Part shown: piece by piece, positions 1-13,600 of the stretch
Layout of the letters: each line of letters starts with the position of its first letter
How positions within the stretch are numbered: position 1 is the first letter of the stretch
NCBI RefSeq assembly: GCF_004010195.1
Contig: NC_057757.1
Span: 4,312,314-4,376,313, forward strand
Reading direction: 5' to 3'
Length of the DNA: 64,000 nucleotides
Source: Chiloscyllium plagiosum
Lineage: Eukaryota
Program-made: the position numbers and the translations under genes
The notes under the pieces: model-generated
The model's input: the letters and a program-made list of their open reading frames with translations, nothing else
Database searches by the model: none
Told to the model about the DNA's origin: nothing

Positions 1-910
1 AGTTTAAACCCTCTCGAACTACTCGAGCAAAACTTTCACCCAGGACATTGGTCCCCTTCCAGTTCAGATGCAACCTGTCCTTCATGTACAGGTCCCACCT
101 TCCCCAGAAGGCATCCCAATTATCTACATATCTGAAGCCCTCCCTCCTACACCAGCTGCGCAGCCACGTGTTAAGCTGCGCCCGCTCCCTGTTCCTCGCC
201 TCGCTATCTCATGGCACCGATAGTAAACTAGAGAACACTACTCTGTTCATCCTGCTTTGCAGCTTCCATCCTAACTCCCTGACTTTTTATATCTTCGATC
301 CTTTTCCTGGCTATATCATTAGTGCCAATATGTAACACGATTTCTGGCTGTTCGCCCTCCCCTTTCAGAACCTTATACACCCGATCGGAGACGTCCCGGT
401 CCCTGGCACCAGGGAGGCAACATACCTTCAGGGAATCCCGATCCTGACCACAAAATCTCCTGTCGATTCCCCTAACTATCGAGTCCCCTACCACGAGTAC
501 TTTTCTATTCTGCCCCCTTCCCTTCTTTGCCACAGTGTCAGGCTCAGTGCCAGAGAACTGACTGCTATGGCTTTCCTCCGGTAGGTCATCCCCCCCAGCA
601 GTATCCAAAATGATGTACTTATTGCTGAGGGGAATGTCCACAGGGGATCTCTGCAATGTCTGACTGTCCCCTTTCCTCCCCCTAACTGTAACCCATTTAT
701 CCTTGTCCTGAGCCTTAGGAGAGACCAACTCCCGGTAACTCCTCTCAATTACCCCCTCAGCCTCCCGAATGATCCGTAGTTCATCCAGCTCCAGCTCCAG
801 CTCCAGCTCCAATTCCCTAACACGGTTTTCAAGGAGCTGGAGTTGGGTGCACTTCCCACAGATGTAGCCAGCGGAGTTGTGCCATGTCTTCCACCTGCCA
901 CATTCTGCAC
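1..910 (-). mobile_element. CR1-clade LINE ORF1 fragment (Zn-finger/coiled coil + SGNH esterase)
   Basis: ORF 228-953: CGKCTQLQLL...ELELE, VLVVGDSIVRG, LHIGTND. Confidence 0.9.
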
Positions 911-1011
911 ATTGGAATACTATTCCAATATTGAAAAGCCAAGGCATTTTCAACTGAAATAAGGAGAAATTGCTTCACTCAGTGTAGGGGTGAAAGTTTG
1001 GAACTCTTTCT

Positions 1012-1237
1012 TCCCACAGTCCAAAGATGTGCAGGGTCAGGTGAATTGGCCATACTAAATTGCCCGTAGTGTTAGATAAGGGGTAAATGTAGGGGTATGG
1101 GTGGGTTTCGCTTCGGCGGGTCGGTGTGGACTGGTTGGGCTGAAGGGCCTGTTTCCACACTGTAATCTAATCTAATCTAATCTAATCTAAAAATCTAATC
1201 TAATCTAATCTAAAAATCTAATCTAATCTAATCTAAT
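1012..1237 (+). mobile_element. HE1-like V-SINE 3' half with (TAATC)n tail
   Basis: cccacagtccaaagatgtgcag...gggcctgtttccacactg(taatc)n. Confidence 0.85.
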
Positions 1238-1569
1238 TTCCCCCAGAAGCTGGTGGAAGATCAGTCATTGAGTAAATACAAGGCAGAAAATGACAAATTT
1301 CGAATTTCTCCACTGGCGTGGTGTGTTAAAATGGCATTGAGATAGCTGATTAGCCGTGCACTAAAATGGCAGAATAGAGTCAAAAGGCTGAGTAGTTTTC
1401 TCCTGTTCCCATGCATCTGTCATTCATTTAATTTTGCGAACAGAAACACGGACCCCCTGACTGGGTAATTCTGAATGAACCAAATGTTAATGCAGTTGAG
1501 CTGAAAATGTAAATATGCGATTGACTCTTTGCAGACACCGTTCATTGACACAATGTGTTTGTTCCACAG

Positions 1570-1605
1570 GGAAAGGTTATGGCGGAAAAGGTTATGATGG
1601 CAAAG
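1570..1605 (+). CDS. Microexon, 36 nt, (G)KGYGGKGYDGK
   Basis: ttgttccacag|GGAAAGGTTATGGCGGAAAAGGTTATGATGGCAAAG|gtattg. Confidence 0.8.
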
Positions 1606-4600
1606 GTATTGTCTTTAATTTTAGAAATCAATTTCTCCAAAGGAACTAGGACAGAAAGTGTGACCTAAAACGGTTTTGATGACAGACAGAAACAAACTCC
1701 TTTCTGTTAACAATACCCTGAATATTAGCATCTATCGTTTTGTTGCAAAGTATTAATGAGGTGAATTTTTTGATTCGTACCATATTTGGATTTGGAACAA
1801 ATACAGTTAATTGTCAGAAGACATAGAGAAAACTGGCAGTGTGAATTGTTTGATAGTCATTAGAAAGTTTGTGCGAAGATTTGTAGCTCGGGTGCTCGTT
1901 GATGTGGTTCTGTTCGCCGAGCTGGAAGTTTTTGTTGCAAACGTTTCGTCCCCTGGCTAGGTGACATCATCAGTGCTTGGGAGCCTCCTATGAAGCGCTT
2001 CTTTGATGTTTCCTCCGGTGTTTATAGTGGTCTGTCCCTGCCGCTTCCGGTTGTCAGTTTCAGCTGTCCGCTGTAGTGGTTGGTATATTGGGTCCAGGTC
2101 GATGTGTTTGTTGATGGAGTTTGTGGATGAATGCCATGCCTCTAGGAGACACGCAGACAACAAGCAACATGAATTCGACTGGGACAACACAACTATCATA
2201 GGGCAAGCCAGACAGAGAACAGCCAGGGACAACAGTGGGGCCTGGTTACGGTCCAGGTAATGTCTTTAATTCCAATCATCTGTTGATCTAGAAGTCATAG
2301 GAATAAATGAAAAAGCTAACCAATAAATGATAATGTTGAGTTTTTAGCCGGGAACCAGATTCAAACAAATCCCTGTTAAATTATCCTGAATATATTGTTG
2401 ATGTCTGTCGATAGTGACAGTAATGTGTCAAGTCCCCATCAGGACTGGTCAATATCCAGTGACAATGTGAGCACACTCTCCCAACATTGAAAACCTTCAG
2501 GCATTTTGAACTGAGGTGAGGAGAAACTTCATCACTTGAGTTGAGCGGGGGGTGGGGTGTGAATCTTTGGAATTCTCTCCCCCAGAGGCTGGTGGAAGAT
2601 CAGATTTTCAATTTCTCCTTATTTAAACTATAATGGCACGGGGTGGGAACATAGCATTAAGACAGATGATCAGGTCACACACTAAATGGCAGAATAGAAT
2701 CAAACAGCTAAATAGCTTTCTCCTGTTCCCATGAATGTATGATTATTTTAATTTTGCAAAGAGAAACACAGGCACCCTGACTGAGACATTCTGAATGAAT
2801 CAAATGTTAACTGATTGAGCTGAAGATGTGCATGTGTGATTGAATACTTGCAAAATCCATTCATTGACATAATGTGTTTGCTCCACAGTGAAAATTTTTG
2901 TCGGAAAAGGTATTGTCTTTAATTTTTGAAATCAGTTCCTCCAAACAAATGAGGGCAGAGTGAGAGAGCGAGAGAGAGTGAGCAATAAACAGTTTTGATG
3001 ACAGACAGAATCAAACCCTGCTCTTATAACAGTAGCCGATACATTAGCATCAATTGTTATATTGCAAAGTATTAATTGGGTGTTTTTTTTTATTCTAGCC
3101 ATATTTGGCCAAGGTGCAAGTACTAATTATTATCAGAACATGAAGGAAAATATGTAATATGAATAGACGAACCTCCATAAGAAGGTTTGAAGAGATTAAT
3201 AAAGTCAACAAGAATTTGAAAATACATGAACATTTTTAAATTGTAACTATAATCATTAAGCTATTTAATTCTTAATGAACACTAACGATTCAAGGGGAAG
3301 AGCTGAAAATACAATTTTACAATTCTCTCCAAACTGCTTTAGCAGATATGTTTTGCTTTTCTTCAAAAGTGGGATCTCTTTATGGTCCAGAATTACAGTC
3401 TTTAATCCCATAGATCTGTTGATCTAAAATCAATAGGAACGAAAGAAATAGTCCAATCCATAAATGATAATGTTGAGATTTTAACCATGAACTAGATTCA
3501 AACAAATCCCTGTTAAATTGTCCCAAATACATTGGTGCCAGAACACACTGATGGTAATGTGTCAACTCTCCATCAGGACTAGTCAAAATCCAGGGACAAT
3601 ATGAGCACGCTGTCCCAACATTGAAAAGCCAAAGCATTTGTAACTGAAATAGGGAGAAATCTTTTCACTTGGCCTGAGGGTGAAAGTTTGAAATTCTCTC
3701 CCCCAGAGGCAGGTGGAAGATCCGTCATTGAGTAAATTCAAGGCAGGAAATGAGAGATTTCCAATTCCTCCTCATATCAAGGCACATTGGTGTGGTGTAG
3801 CAACATGGCATTGAGATAGATGATTAGCCATGCACTAAAATGACAGAATATGGTTAAAAGGCTGAGTAGCCTTCTCCTGTTCCCATGTATCTATCATTCA
3901 TTTAATTTTGCGAAGAGAAACACAGACCCTCCAGAGTAGGTAATTCTGAATGAACCAAATGTTAAACCGATTGAGCTGAAAATGTAAGTGTTCATTGCAG
4001 ACGTTGTTCATTGACGCAATGTGTTTATTCCACAGGGAAAGGTTATGATGACAAAGGTATTGTCTTTAATTTGAGAAATCAATTTCCCCAAAAGAACTAG
4101 GATAGAGAGTGTGACCTAACACAGATTTGATGACAGACAGACACAAACTCCTTTCTGTTAACAATACCCTGAATATTAGCATCTATTGTTTTGTTGCAAA
4201 GCATTAATGAGGTGAATTATTTGATTCGAACCATATTTGGACTTGGAACAAATATAGTTAATTTTCAGAAGATATCGAGAAAATTGGCAATGTGAATTGT
4301 TTGATAGTCATTAGAAAGTTAGAAGAGATGAGTAAATTGCAATTAAAATTAATAAGTTTTCAAAAGTACATTACAATCTTCAAATATTAACCATTATCAA
4401 CAATCTGTTTAGCTCTGAATAAACCTCAACATTTCAGCAGAAAATACTGAAAATATTATTTTCCAATTAATGCTCTCCAATGTTCAGTAACAGATCTGTT
4501 TTGTTTTTCTCCAACAGTGGGGCCTGGTTACGGTCCAGGTAATGTCTTTAATTCCAATGATCTATTGATCTAAAAGAGATAGGAATAAAGAAAAAAGCTA

Positions 4601-7600
4601 ATCAATAAGTGATTAATAAATAATCAATAAATGACAAACAAAATGGCAGAATAGGATCAAAAGGCTGAGTAGCCTTCTCCTGTTCCCATGTATCTATCAT
4701 TCATTTAATTTTGCGAAGAGAAACACAGACCCCCAGACTGGGTGATTCTGAATGAACCAAGTGTTAAACCAATTGAGCTGAAAATGTAAATGTGCGATTA
4801 ACTCTTTGCAGACAACGTTCATTGACACAATGTGTTTGTTCCACACGGAAAGGTTATGGCAGGAAAGGTATTGTCTTTAATTTTAGAAATAATTTTCTCC
4901 AAACGAACGAGGGCAGAGAGAGTGATCTAAAACAGTTTTGATGACAGACAGACACAAACCCCTTTCCGATAACAATACATTAAAATATTAGCATTTATTG
5001 TTTTGTTGCAAAGTCTTAATTGGGTGAAATTTCTGATTCTAACCACATTTGGCCCTGAACCAAATATATTTCCCTATGAGAAGATACAGAGAAAATTGAC
5101 AATGCGAATCATTTCATAGCCATTGGACAATTAGATGAGATGACTAAATTGCAATTAAAATCAATAAGATTTGGAAAGTACATTAGAATTTTCAAATATT
5201 CACCCTTAACGATAATCTGCATAGCTCTGAATGAACCTCCACTATTCAGTGAAAAGATAACTTTCCAAGGAATTCTCGACAATGTTCAGTAACAGATCTG
5301 TTTTGTTTTTCTCCAACAGTGGGACATGGTTACGGTCCAGGTAATGTCTCTATCCCAATTATCTATTGAACTAAAAGTATTAGGGAGAAAGAAAAAAGCT
5401 AATTAATAAATGATAATGTTGGTTTTTTAGCCATTGACTAGATTCAAATAAATCCCAGTCAAATTGTCCAAAAATAAGTTGTTGCTGTCTGATGACACTG
5501 ATAGTAATGTGTCAAGTCTCCATCAGGAGTGGTCAATACCCACAGACAATATGAGCACAGTGTTGCCATATTGAAAAGTCAAGACATTTTGAACTGAAAT
5601 ATGGAGCAATTGCTTCACCCAGTGTGGGGGTGAAAGTTTGGAATGCTCTCCCCCAGAGGCTGGTGGAAAATCAGTCATTGGGTAAATTCAAGACAGAAAC
5701 TGACAGATTTTCAATTTCTCATATCAACTGATATGGGCACAGTGTGGGAACATGGCATTGAGATTGATGATCAGCCGCACACTAAAATGGCAGAATATCT
5801 TCAAACAGCAAAAGAGCCTTCTCCTGTTTCCATATATGTTTTATTCTTTTAATTCTGCAAAGAGAAACACAGCCACCCTGAGTGGGTAATTCTGAATGAA
5901 CCAAATGTTAACTGATTGAGCTGAAGATGTGTTTGTCTGATTGAATATTTGCAAACCCGTGCATTGACACAATGTCTTTGAAGCACAGTGAAAGTTTATA
6001 ACGGAAAAGGTATTCTCCTTCATTTTGGAAATCAGTTTCTCCAAACGAATGATGGTAGAGAGGGAGATCAATAAACAGTTTTGATGACAGACAGACTCAA
6101 ACTCTACTCCTATAACAGTAACATGCATCAATTATTTTGTTGAAAATGATCATTTGGATGATTTTTTTATTCTAAACATATTTGGTCATGGTCCAAATAC
6201 TTATTATTATCAGAACAGAAAGGGAAAATATGTAATATAAATAGGTTAACATCTATTAGAAGATTTGAAAAGATGAATGAAATCAATACATTAACATGTA
6301 TCATAGTTGTAATCGATAAGCTATTTATCTTTGAATGAACCCCAACAATTCAAGGGAAAGGACTGATAATATAATTTTGCAGTTATTTCTCTACAAAGTT
6401 CTGTAACAGATGAGTTTTGCTTTTCTTCAAAGATGGGAGCTCTTTATGTTCCAGGCAATATCTCTAATTCCACAGATTTGTTGATCTAAAATTGATAGGA
6501 AAAAAGAAATCGTCCGTTCCATAAATGATAATATTGAGTTTTTAGCCATGAACTCGATTCAAACATATCCCCGTTAAATTGCCCAAAATACATTGTTGGC
6601 GTCCAAACGTACTGATGGTAATGTTGCAAATCTCCATCAGGATTAGTCAAAATTCAGGGACAATCTGATCACACTATTCCAAAATTGAAAAACTAAGGCA
6701 TTTTGAACTGAAATAAGAAGAAATTTCTTCACTCAGCCTGGGGGTGAAGGTTTGAAATTCTGTCCCCCAGAGATTGGTGGAAGATCAGTCCTTAAGTAAA
6801 TTCAAGACAGAAATTGTCAGATTTTATATTTCTCCTCATATCAAGGCACAATGGCGAGGTGTGGCAACATGACATTGAGATAGATGACTAGCCAGGCATT
6901 AAAATGACAGAATAGGATCAAAGGGCTGAGTAGCTTTCTCCTGTTCCCATGTATCTATCATTCATTTAATTTTGCGAAGGGAAACACAGACCCCCAGACT
7001 GGGTAATTCTGAATGAACCAAATGTTAAACCGATTGAGCAGAAAATGTAAATATGTTATTGACTCTCTGCAAACGTCGTTCATTGACACAATGTGTTTGT
7101 TCCACAGGGAAAGGTTACGATGACAAAGGTATTGTCTTTAATTTTCGAAATCAATTTCTCCAAATGAACTGGGTCAGAGAATGACCGAAAACGGTTTTGA
7201 TGACAAACTCCTTTCTGATGACAACACCCTGAATATTAGCATTTATTGTTTTGTTGCAAACTGTTAATTGGGTAAATACTTTGATTCAAACAATATTTGG
7301 ACTTGTACCAAATACTTTAATTGATGAGAAGTTATCGAGAAATTTGGCAATGTGAATTTTTTCATAGTCATTAGAAAGTTAGAAGGGATGAATAAATTGC
7401 AATTAAAATCAGTATGATTCCGAAAGTACATTAACATTTTCAAATATGACTTTCCAATGAATTCTCTACAACGTTCAGTAACAGATCTGTTTTGTTTTTC
7501 TCCAACAGTGGGACCTGGTTATGGCCCAGGTAATGTCTTCAATTCCAATGATCTATTGATCAAAAGGTGATATAAATAAAGAAAAATGCTAATCAATAAA

Positions 7601-10600
7601 TGATAATGTTGAGTTTTTTAGCCATGAACTAGATTCAAATAAATCCCTGCTAAATTGTCCTCACCATGTTGTTGGTGTCTGATGATAGTGATAATAATGG
7701 GTCAAGTCTCCATCAGGACTGCTCAATATCCAGAGACAATGTGAGCGCGCTGTTCCAATATTGAAAAGTCTTCAGGCATTTTGAACTGAGATGAGGAGGA
7801 ATTACTTCTCTGCAGATCTATGGGGAGGGGTGTGAATCTTTGGAATTATCTCCCCCAGAGGCAATGGAAGATCAGTCATTGAGTAAATTCAAGACAGAAA
7901 CTGACAGGTGTTCAATTTCTCCTCATATCAACTGATATGGTGTGGGAACATGGCATTGAGATTGATGATCAGCCGCACACTAAAATGGCAGAATAGAATC
8001 AAACAGCTAAAGAGCCTTCCCCTGTTCCCATGTGTGTAGTATTATTTTAGTGCTTCAAAGAGAAATACAGGCACACATACTGAGAATTTCTGAATGAACC
8101 AAATGTTAACTGATTGAACTGAAGATGTACATGCATGATTGAGTATTTGCAAAAACTGTTCATTGGCACAATGTGTTTGTTCCACAGTGAAAGGTTTTGA
8201 TGGAAAAGGTATTGTCTTTAATTTTTCAAATTGGTTCCTCCAAATGAATGATGGCAGAGAGAGAGAGAGAGAGTGAGCAATAAACAGAGTCAAACCCTGC
8301 TCTTATAACAGTAGCCGATACTTTAGCATCAATTGTTTTGTTGCAAAGTATTAATTGGGTGGTTTATTTGTTCTAAGCATATTTGGAGAAAGTGAGGATG
8401 GCAGATGATGGAGATCTGCGTTCGAGTAAAGCTCCCTCTACACTATCCCCATCAAACACTCCCAGGAGAGGGACAGCACAGGGTTAAATACAGCGTAAAG
8501 CCTCCTCTACACTGTCCCCCATCAAACACTCCCAGGAGAGGGACAGCATGTCGCTAAATACAGGGTAAAGCTCCCTCTACACTATCCCCATCAAACACTC
8601 CCAGGAGAGGGACAGCATGTCGTTAGATACAGTGTAAAGCCTCCTCTACACTGTCCCCCATCAAACATTCACTGGACAGGGACTGCACGGGATTAGATAC
8701 AGAGTAAAGATCCTTCTGCACTATCCCCATCAAACACTCCCAGGACAAGGACAGCACGGGTTTAAATACTGAGTAAATGTCCCTCTACACTGTTCCCCAT
8801 CAAATACTCCCAAGACAGGGATAGGACAAGGTTAGATACAGAGTAAAGCTCCCTCTAAACTTTCTCCCATCAAACACCAGGAGAAAGTGAGGACTGCAGA
8901 TGCTGGAGATCAGAGCTGAAAATGTGTTGCTGGAAAAGTGCAGCAGGTCAGGCAGCATCCAATGAGCAGGAGAATCGACGTTTCGGGCATGAGCCCTTCT
9001 TCGGGAATGGAGAAGGGCTCATGCCCGAAACGTCGATTCTCCAGCTCCTTGGATGCTGCCTGACCTGCTGCGCTTTTCCAGCAACACATTTTTGGCTCTA
9101 AACATATTTGGCCGTGGTCCAAGTATTAATTATTATCAGAACATAAAGATAGAATATGTAATATGAATAAATTGACGCCCATGAGAAGGTTTGAAGAGAT
9201 GAATAAAGTCAATAAGAATTTGAAAATACATGAACATTTTTAAATTGTAACTATGATCATTAAGCTATTTAGTTCTTAATGAACATAACTATTCAAGGGA
9301 AAGGACTGAAAATATAACTTTACAATTATTTCTCTCCAAAAAGTTCTGTAACAGATGTGTTCTACTTTTCTTCAAAAGTGGGACCTCTTTACAGTCCAGG
9401 CAAAGTCTTTAATCGCATAGATCTGTTGATCTAAAATCGATAGGAACAAAGAAATAGTCCAATCCGTAAATGATAATGTTGAAGTTTTAACCATGAACTG
9501 GATTCAAACTAATCCCTGTTAAATTGTCCCAAATACACTATTGGTGTCCGAACATACTGATGGTAATGTGTCAACTCTCCATCAGGACTAGTCAATATCC
9601 AGGGACAATATGATCACACAATTCCAAAATTGAAAAGCCAAAGCATTTTGAACTGAAATAAGGAGAAATTTCTTCACTCAGTGTAAGGGCAATACTTTGA
9701 AATTCTCTCCCCTAGAGGCTGGTGGAAGATCTGAGTAAATTTAAGACAGAAACTGACAGACTTCCAATTTCTCCTCATGTCAAGGGACATTGGCATAGTG
9801 TGGCAACAGGCATTGAGATAGATGACTAGCCATGCACTAAAATGGCAGAATAGGGTCAAAAGGCTGAGGAGCCTTCTCCTGTTCCCATGTATCTATCATT
9901 CATTTAATTTTGTGAAGAGCAACACAGACTCCCAGAGTGGGTAATNNNNNNNNNNNNNNNNNNNNNNNNNNNNNNNNNNNNNNNNNNNNNNNNNNNNNNN
10001 NNNNNNNNNNNNNNNNNNNNNNNNNNNNNNNNNNNNNNNNNNNNNNNNNNNNNNNNNNNNNNNNNNNNNNNNNNNNNNNNNNNNNNNNNNNNNNNNNNNN
10101 NNNNNNNNNNNNNNNNNNNNNNNNNNNNNNNNNNNNNNNNNNNNNNNNNNNNNNNNNNNNNNNNNNNNNNNNNNNNNNNNNNNNNNNNNNNNNNNNNNNN
10201 NNNNNNNNNNNNNNNNNNNNNNNNNNNNNNNNNNNNNNNNNNNNNNNNNNNNNNNNNNNNNNNNNNNNNNNNNNNNNNNNNNNNNNNNNNNNNNNNNNNN
10301 NNNNNNNNNNNNNNNNNNNNNNNNNNNNNNNNNNNNNNNNNNNNNNNNNNNNNNNNNNNNNNNNNNNNNNNNNNNNNNNNNNNNNNNNNNNNNNNNNNNN
10401 NNNNNNNNNNNNNNNNNNNNNNNNNNNNNNNNNNNNNNNNNNNNNACATTTTGTCAAGGGTGTATTGTCTTGTACTCATCAGGACAATTTACAAGAAAAG
10501 CAATTTAAGGGAAAGGAAATTTCTATATTGTATTAGAGGAGTGTTGTGATTAGTTTGTAAGTGTCATGCAATGGGACAGATGTTGCCATGATGAATGCAC

Positions 10601-13600
10601 TGGTTAATGATAGTTGATAGTTAACTGCTAGGATTTGTGCAAATTTATAAGTAGTCAGGTTGACTTTGTTTGCAGCAGCACATTGTATAAAATTGGATAT
10701 ATACCAGAAAAGAGAGAAAACTGATAGAATCATAGAATCCCAACAGTGTAAAAGCAGGCCATTCAGCCCACCAAGTCCATACTGACCCTCTGAAGAGCAA
10801 CCCTCCGAGACCCACCCCCACTCTATCCCTGTAACTTATGTTCTGGTGAAGGAAAGAACTCCACCAGAGAGTTAAAAGAGATGAACAGAAAATGACATGA
10901 ATTGGAAAGTTTATTTAACTTTTAAAGAATAACTCCAATTGATAATCTCTCAGTTCTAACCAGATCCCAATTGTCAAATAGAAAGTGCTGCAAATTAATT
11001 AATTCTCCCCAATAATCAGTAACAGCATCTTTTCCTCGCCCCGCCCTGACAATAGGACTTCCTTATGATGTAGGTATTTTGTTTAATTTCATAAATAGAG
11101 TCATAGAGATGTGCAGCACAGAAACAGACCCTTCGGTCCAACTTGTCCATGTCAACTAGATATCCCAACCTAATCTAATCCAATTTGCCAGCACACAGCC
11201 CATATCTCTTTAAACCATTCCTATCTATGCATGCATCCAGATGTCTTTTAAATGCTGTAATTGTACCAGCCTCCATCACTTCCTCTGGCAGCTCCTTCCA
11301 TATACGCACCACACCCTGTGCAAAAAATGTTGCCCCTTAGGTCTCTTTTATATCTTTCCCCACTCACCTTAGACCTATGCCCTCTAGTTTCGGGACTCCC
11401 ACACCCTGGGGAAAAGACCTTGTCTATTTACCCTATCCATGTCCCTCATGATTTTATAAACCTCTATAAGGTTTATAAAATGTGTTGAATCTAAAATGGA
11501 TTAAGACAAATAAAAGACATTTTGATTTGATCAACTACAAATTAGTTTTATTTTAAGATATTTCTGTTAAAGTGTCCCAAATGTACACCTAGTATCGGAA
11601 AATATGGAAGTAAATCCATGAAGTCTCCAGCAAACTACGCGATATCCAGGTACATAATTCAAACATTTAAAGGCCAAGTTATTATGAATCAAGGTGAGGA
11701 GGAATTTCTACACTCAGAGGGGATTGGGTTTTTGGAATTCTGTAACCTACAGGGTGGTGGAAGATCAACAATTAAATTTGAAACAGACATTGCATCCAAT
11801 CCTGGTCGCCACATTCCAGGAAAGATGTGGAGGCTTCGGAGAGGGTGCAGAAGAGGATGCTGCCTGGGCTCGAGGATGTGAGCTATGGGGAGAGCTGGAG
11901 AAACTCAGGTTGTTTCCCTGGAGCGGCGGAGGCTGAGGGGAGACTTGATGGAAGTCGATAAAATGATAAGATAGGGTTGACAGCCAGAATCTTTTTCCCA
12001 CAGTTGAAATGTCTAATTATTGGGGACATGCATTTGAGGTGAGAGGAGAAAAGTTCAAAGGAGGTGAGGGGCATGTTTTTTACACAGAGAATGGTGAGAG
12101 AGTGGAAAGTGCTGCTGGGGGTGGTGGTGGAGGCAGATATGATAGGGGCATTTAAGTGGCTTGTAGATAAGGACATGAATATGCGAGGAATGGAGGGATA
12201 TGGACCAAGAGCAGGCAGAAGGGATTAGTTTAATTTGGTGTCACATTGTGGGCTGAAGGGCACGTTCCTGTGCTGTACAGTTCCATATTCTATTGGCATA
12301 TTTCTGATGATAATATGGAGTGTTGCGATAATGTCAGAACAGAGCACTGAGACTGACGACCAGGCCTGACATCGGATCAGGCTCGATGGGCTGAATGGCC
12401 TCCCATTATTCCTACGATCCCTGATCAAATGTGTTCCTGTGCCTCTGAACTTGGTTTGATTTTGCAAAGAGTAACGTCGACTTAGTGATAATGCAGCTTT
12501 GTTTGAACACATGTTGGACCTATCACATTCAGAATGTGAATTGTTCAACTCATTCCCCACAGCCAGTGTTCATTCTCGAAGAGTCATAGAGATGTACAGC
12601 ACAGACAAAGACCCTTCGGTCCAACTCGTCCATGCTGACCAGATATCCTAAATTAATCTAGTCCCATTTGTCAGCATTTGGCCCACATCCCTCTAAACCC
12701 TTTCCTCTCTATGTACCCTTCCAGATGTCTTTTAAATGCTGTAATTGTACCAGCCTCCATCACTTCCCCTGGCAGCTCAATCCATTCACGAACCACCCTC
12801 TGAGTGAAAGAGGCATCCCTCAGGTCCCTTTTAAATTTTCCCCTCTCACCTTAAACCTCTAGTTTTGGACTGCCCCACCCCAGGGAAAAGACTTTGTCTA
12901 TTTATCCTATCCATGATTCTATAAACCTCTATAAGGTCACCCCTCAGCCTCTGATGCTCCAGGGAAAACAGCCCCAGCCTGTTCAACCTCACAAACCCTC
13001 CAACCATGGCAACATACTTGTAAATCTTTTCTGAACCCTTCTAAGTTTCACAACATGTTTCCTGTAGCAGGGAGACCAGAATTGAATGCAGTATTCCAAA
13101 AGTGGCCGAACCAGTGTCCTGTACAGCCACAACATGAAATCTCAACTCCTTTACTCAATGCACTGACCAATAAAGTCCAAAGTCACACAGGTTATAGTCC
13201 AGCAGGTTTATTTGAAATCACAAGCTTTCGGAACGCCGCTCCTTCATCAGGTAAGTGCCGGATGAAGAAGCAGCGCTTTGAAAGCTTGTGATTTCAAAAA
13301 AATCTGTTAGACGATAGCCTAATGTCATGTGTGACTTCTGACTTTGTCCACCCCAGTCCAACATCAGCACCTCTACATCTGCCACTCAGCGGCCCATTGG
13401 CCCATCTGATCAAGGTCCTGATCTATTTGCTCCACAGAAAAAAAGTCATAGCAGCAAAGGTGATAGCTTTAATTTCAGAGATCCAGTTCTTGAAAGCAGT
13501 ATGGAAAGAGACAGTGAGCTGTAAAATACGAATCTCTTTGCTAAATGGTTGGTCTGAGCACTCATCTATGCTCTACGATGAGGAGAATTTATTGATCTAA

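Larger units (their letters stand above)
910..9945 (+). repeat. Tandem array 1: ~1.1-1.5 kb two-exon units in a ~3 kb four-exon (A-B-C-D) higher-order repeat
   Basis: Recurrent blocks such as aattctgaatgaaccaaatgttaa and ctccatcaggactagtcaa; exon order A,B,C,D,A,B,A,B,C,D,A,B,C,D. Confidence 0.9.

Noticed and set aside
228..953. 241-aa ORF as a host esterase gene
   Set aside because: It is the frameshifted ORF1 of a CR1 LINE.
9900..10536. Long ORFs spanning N runs (also 35165, 46598, 50616, 55906)
   Set aside because: Artefacts of assembly gaps.
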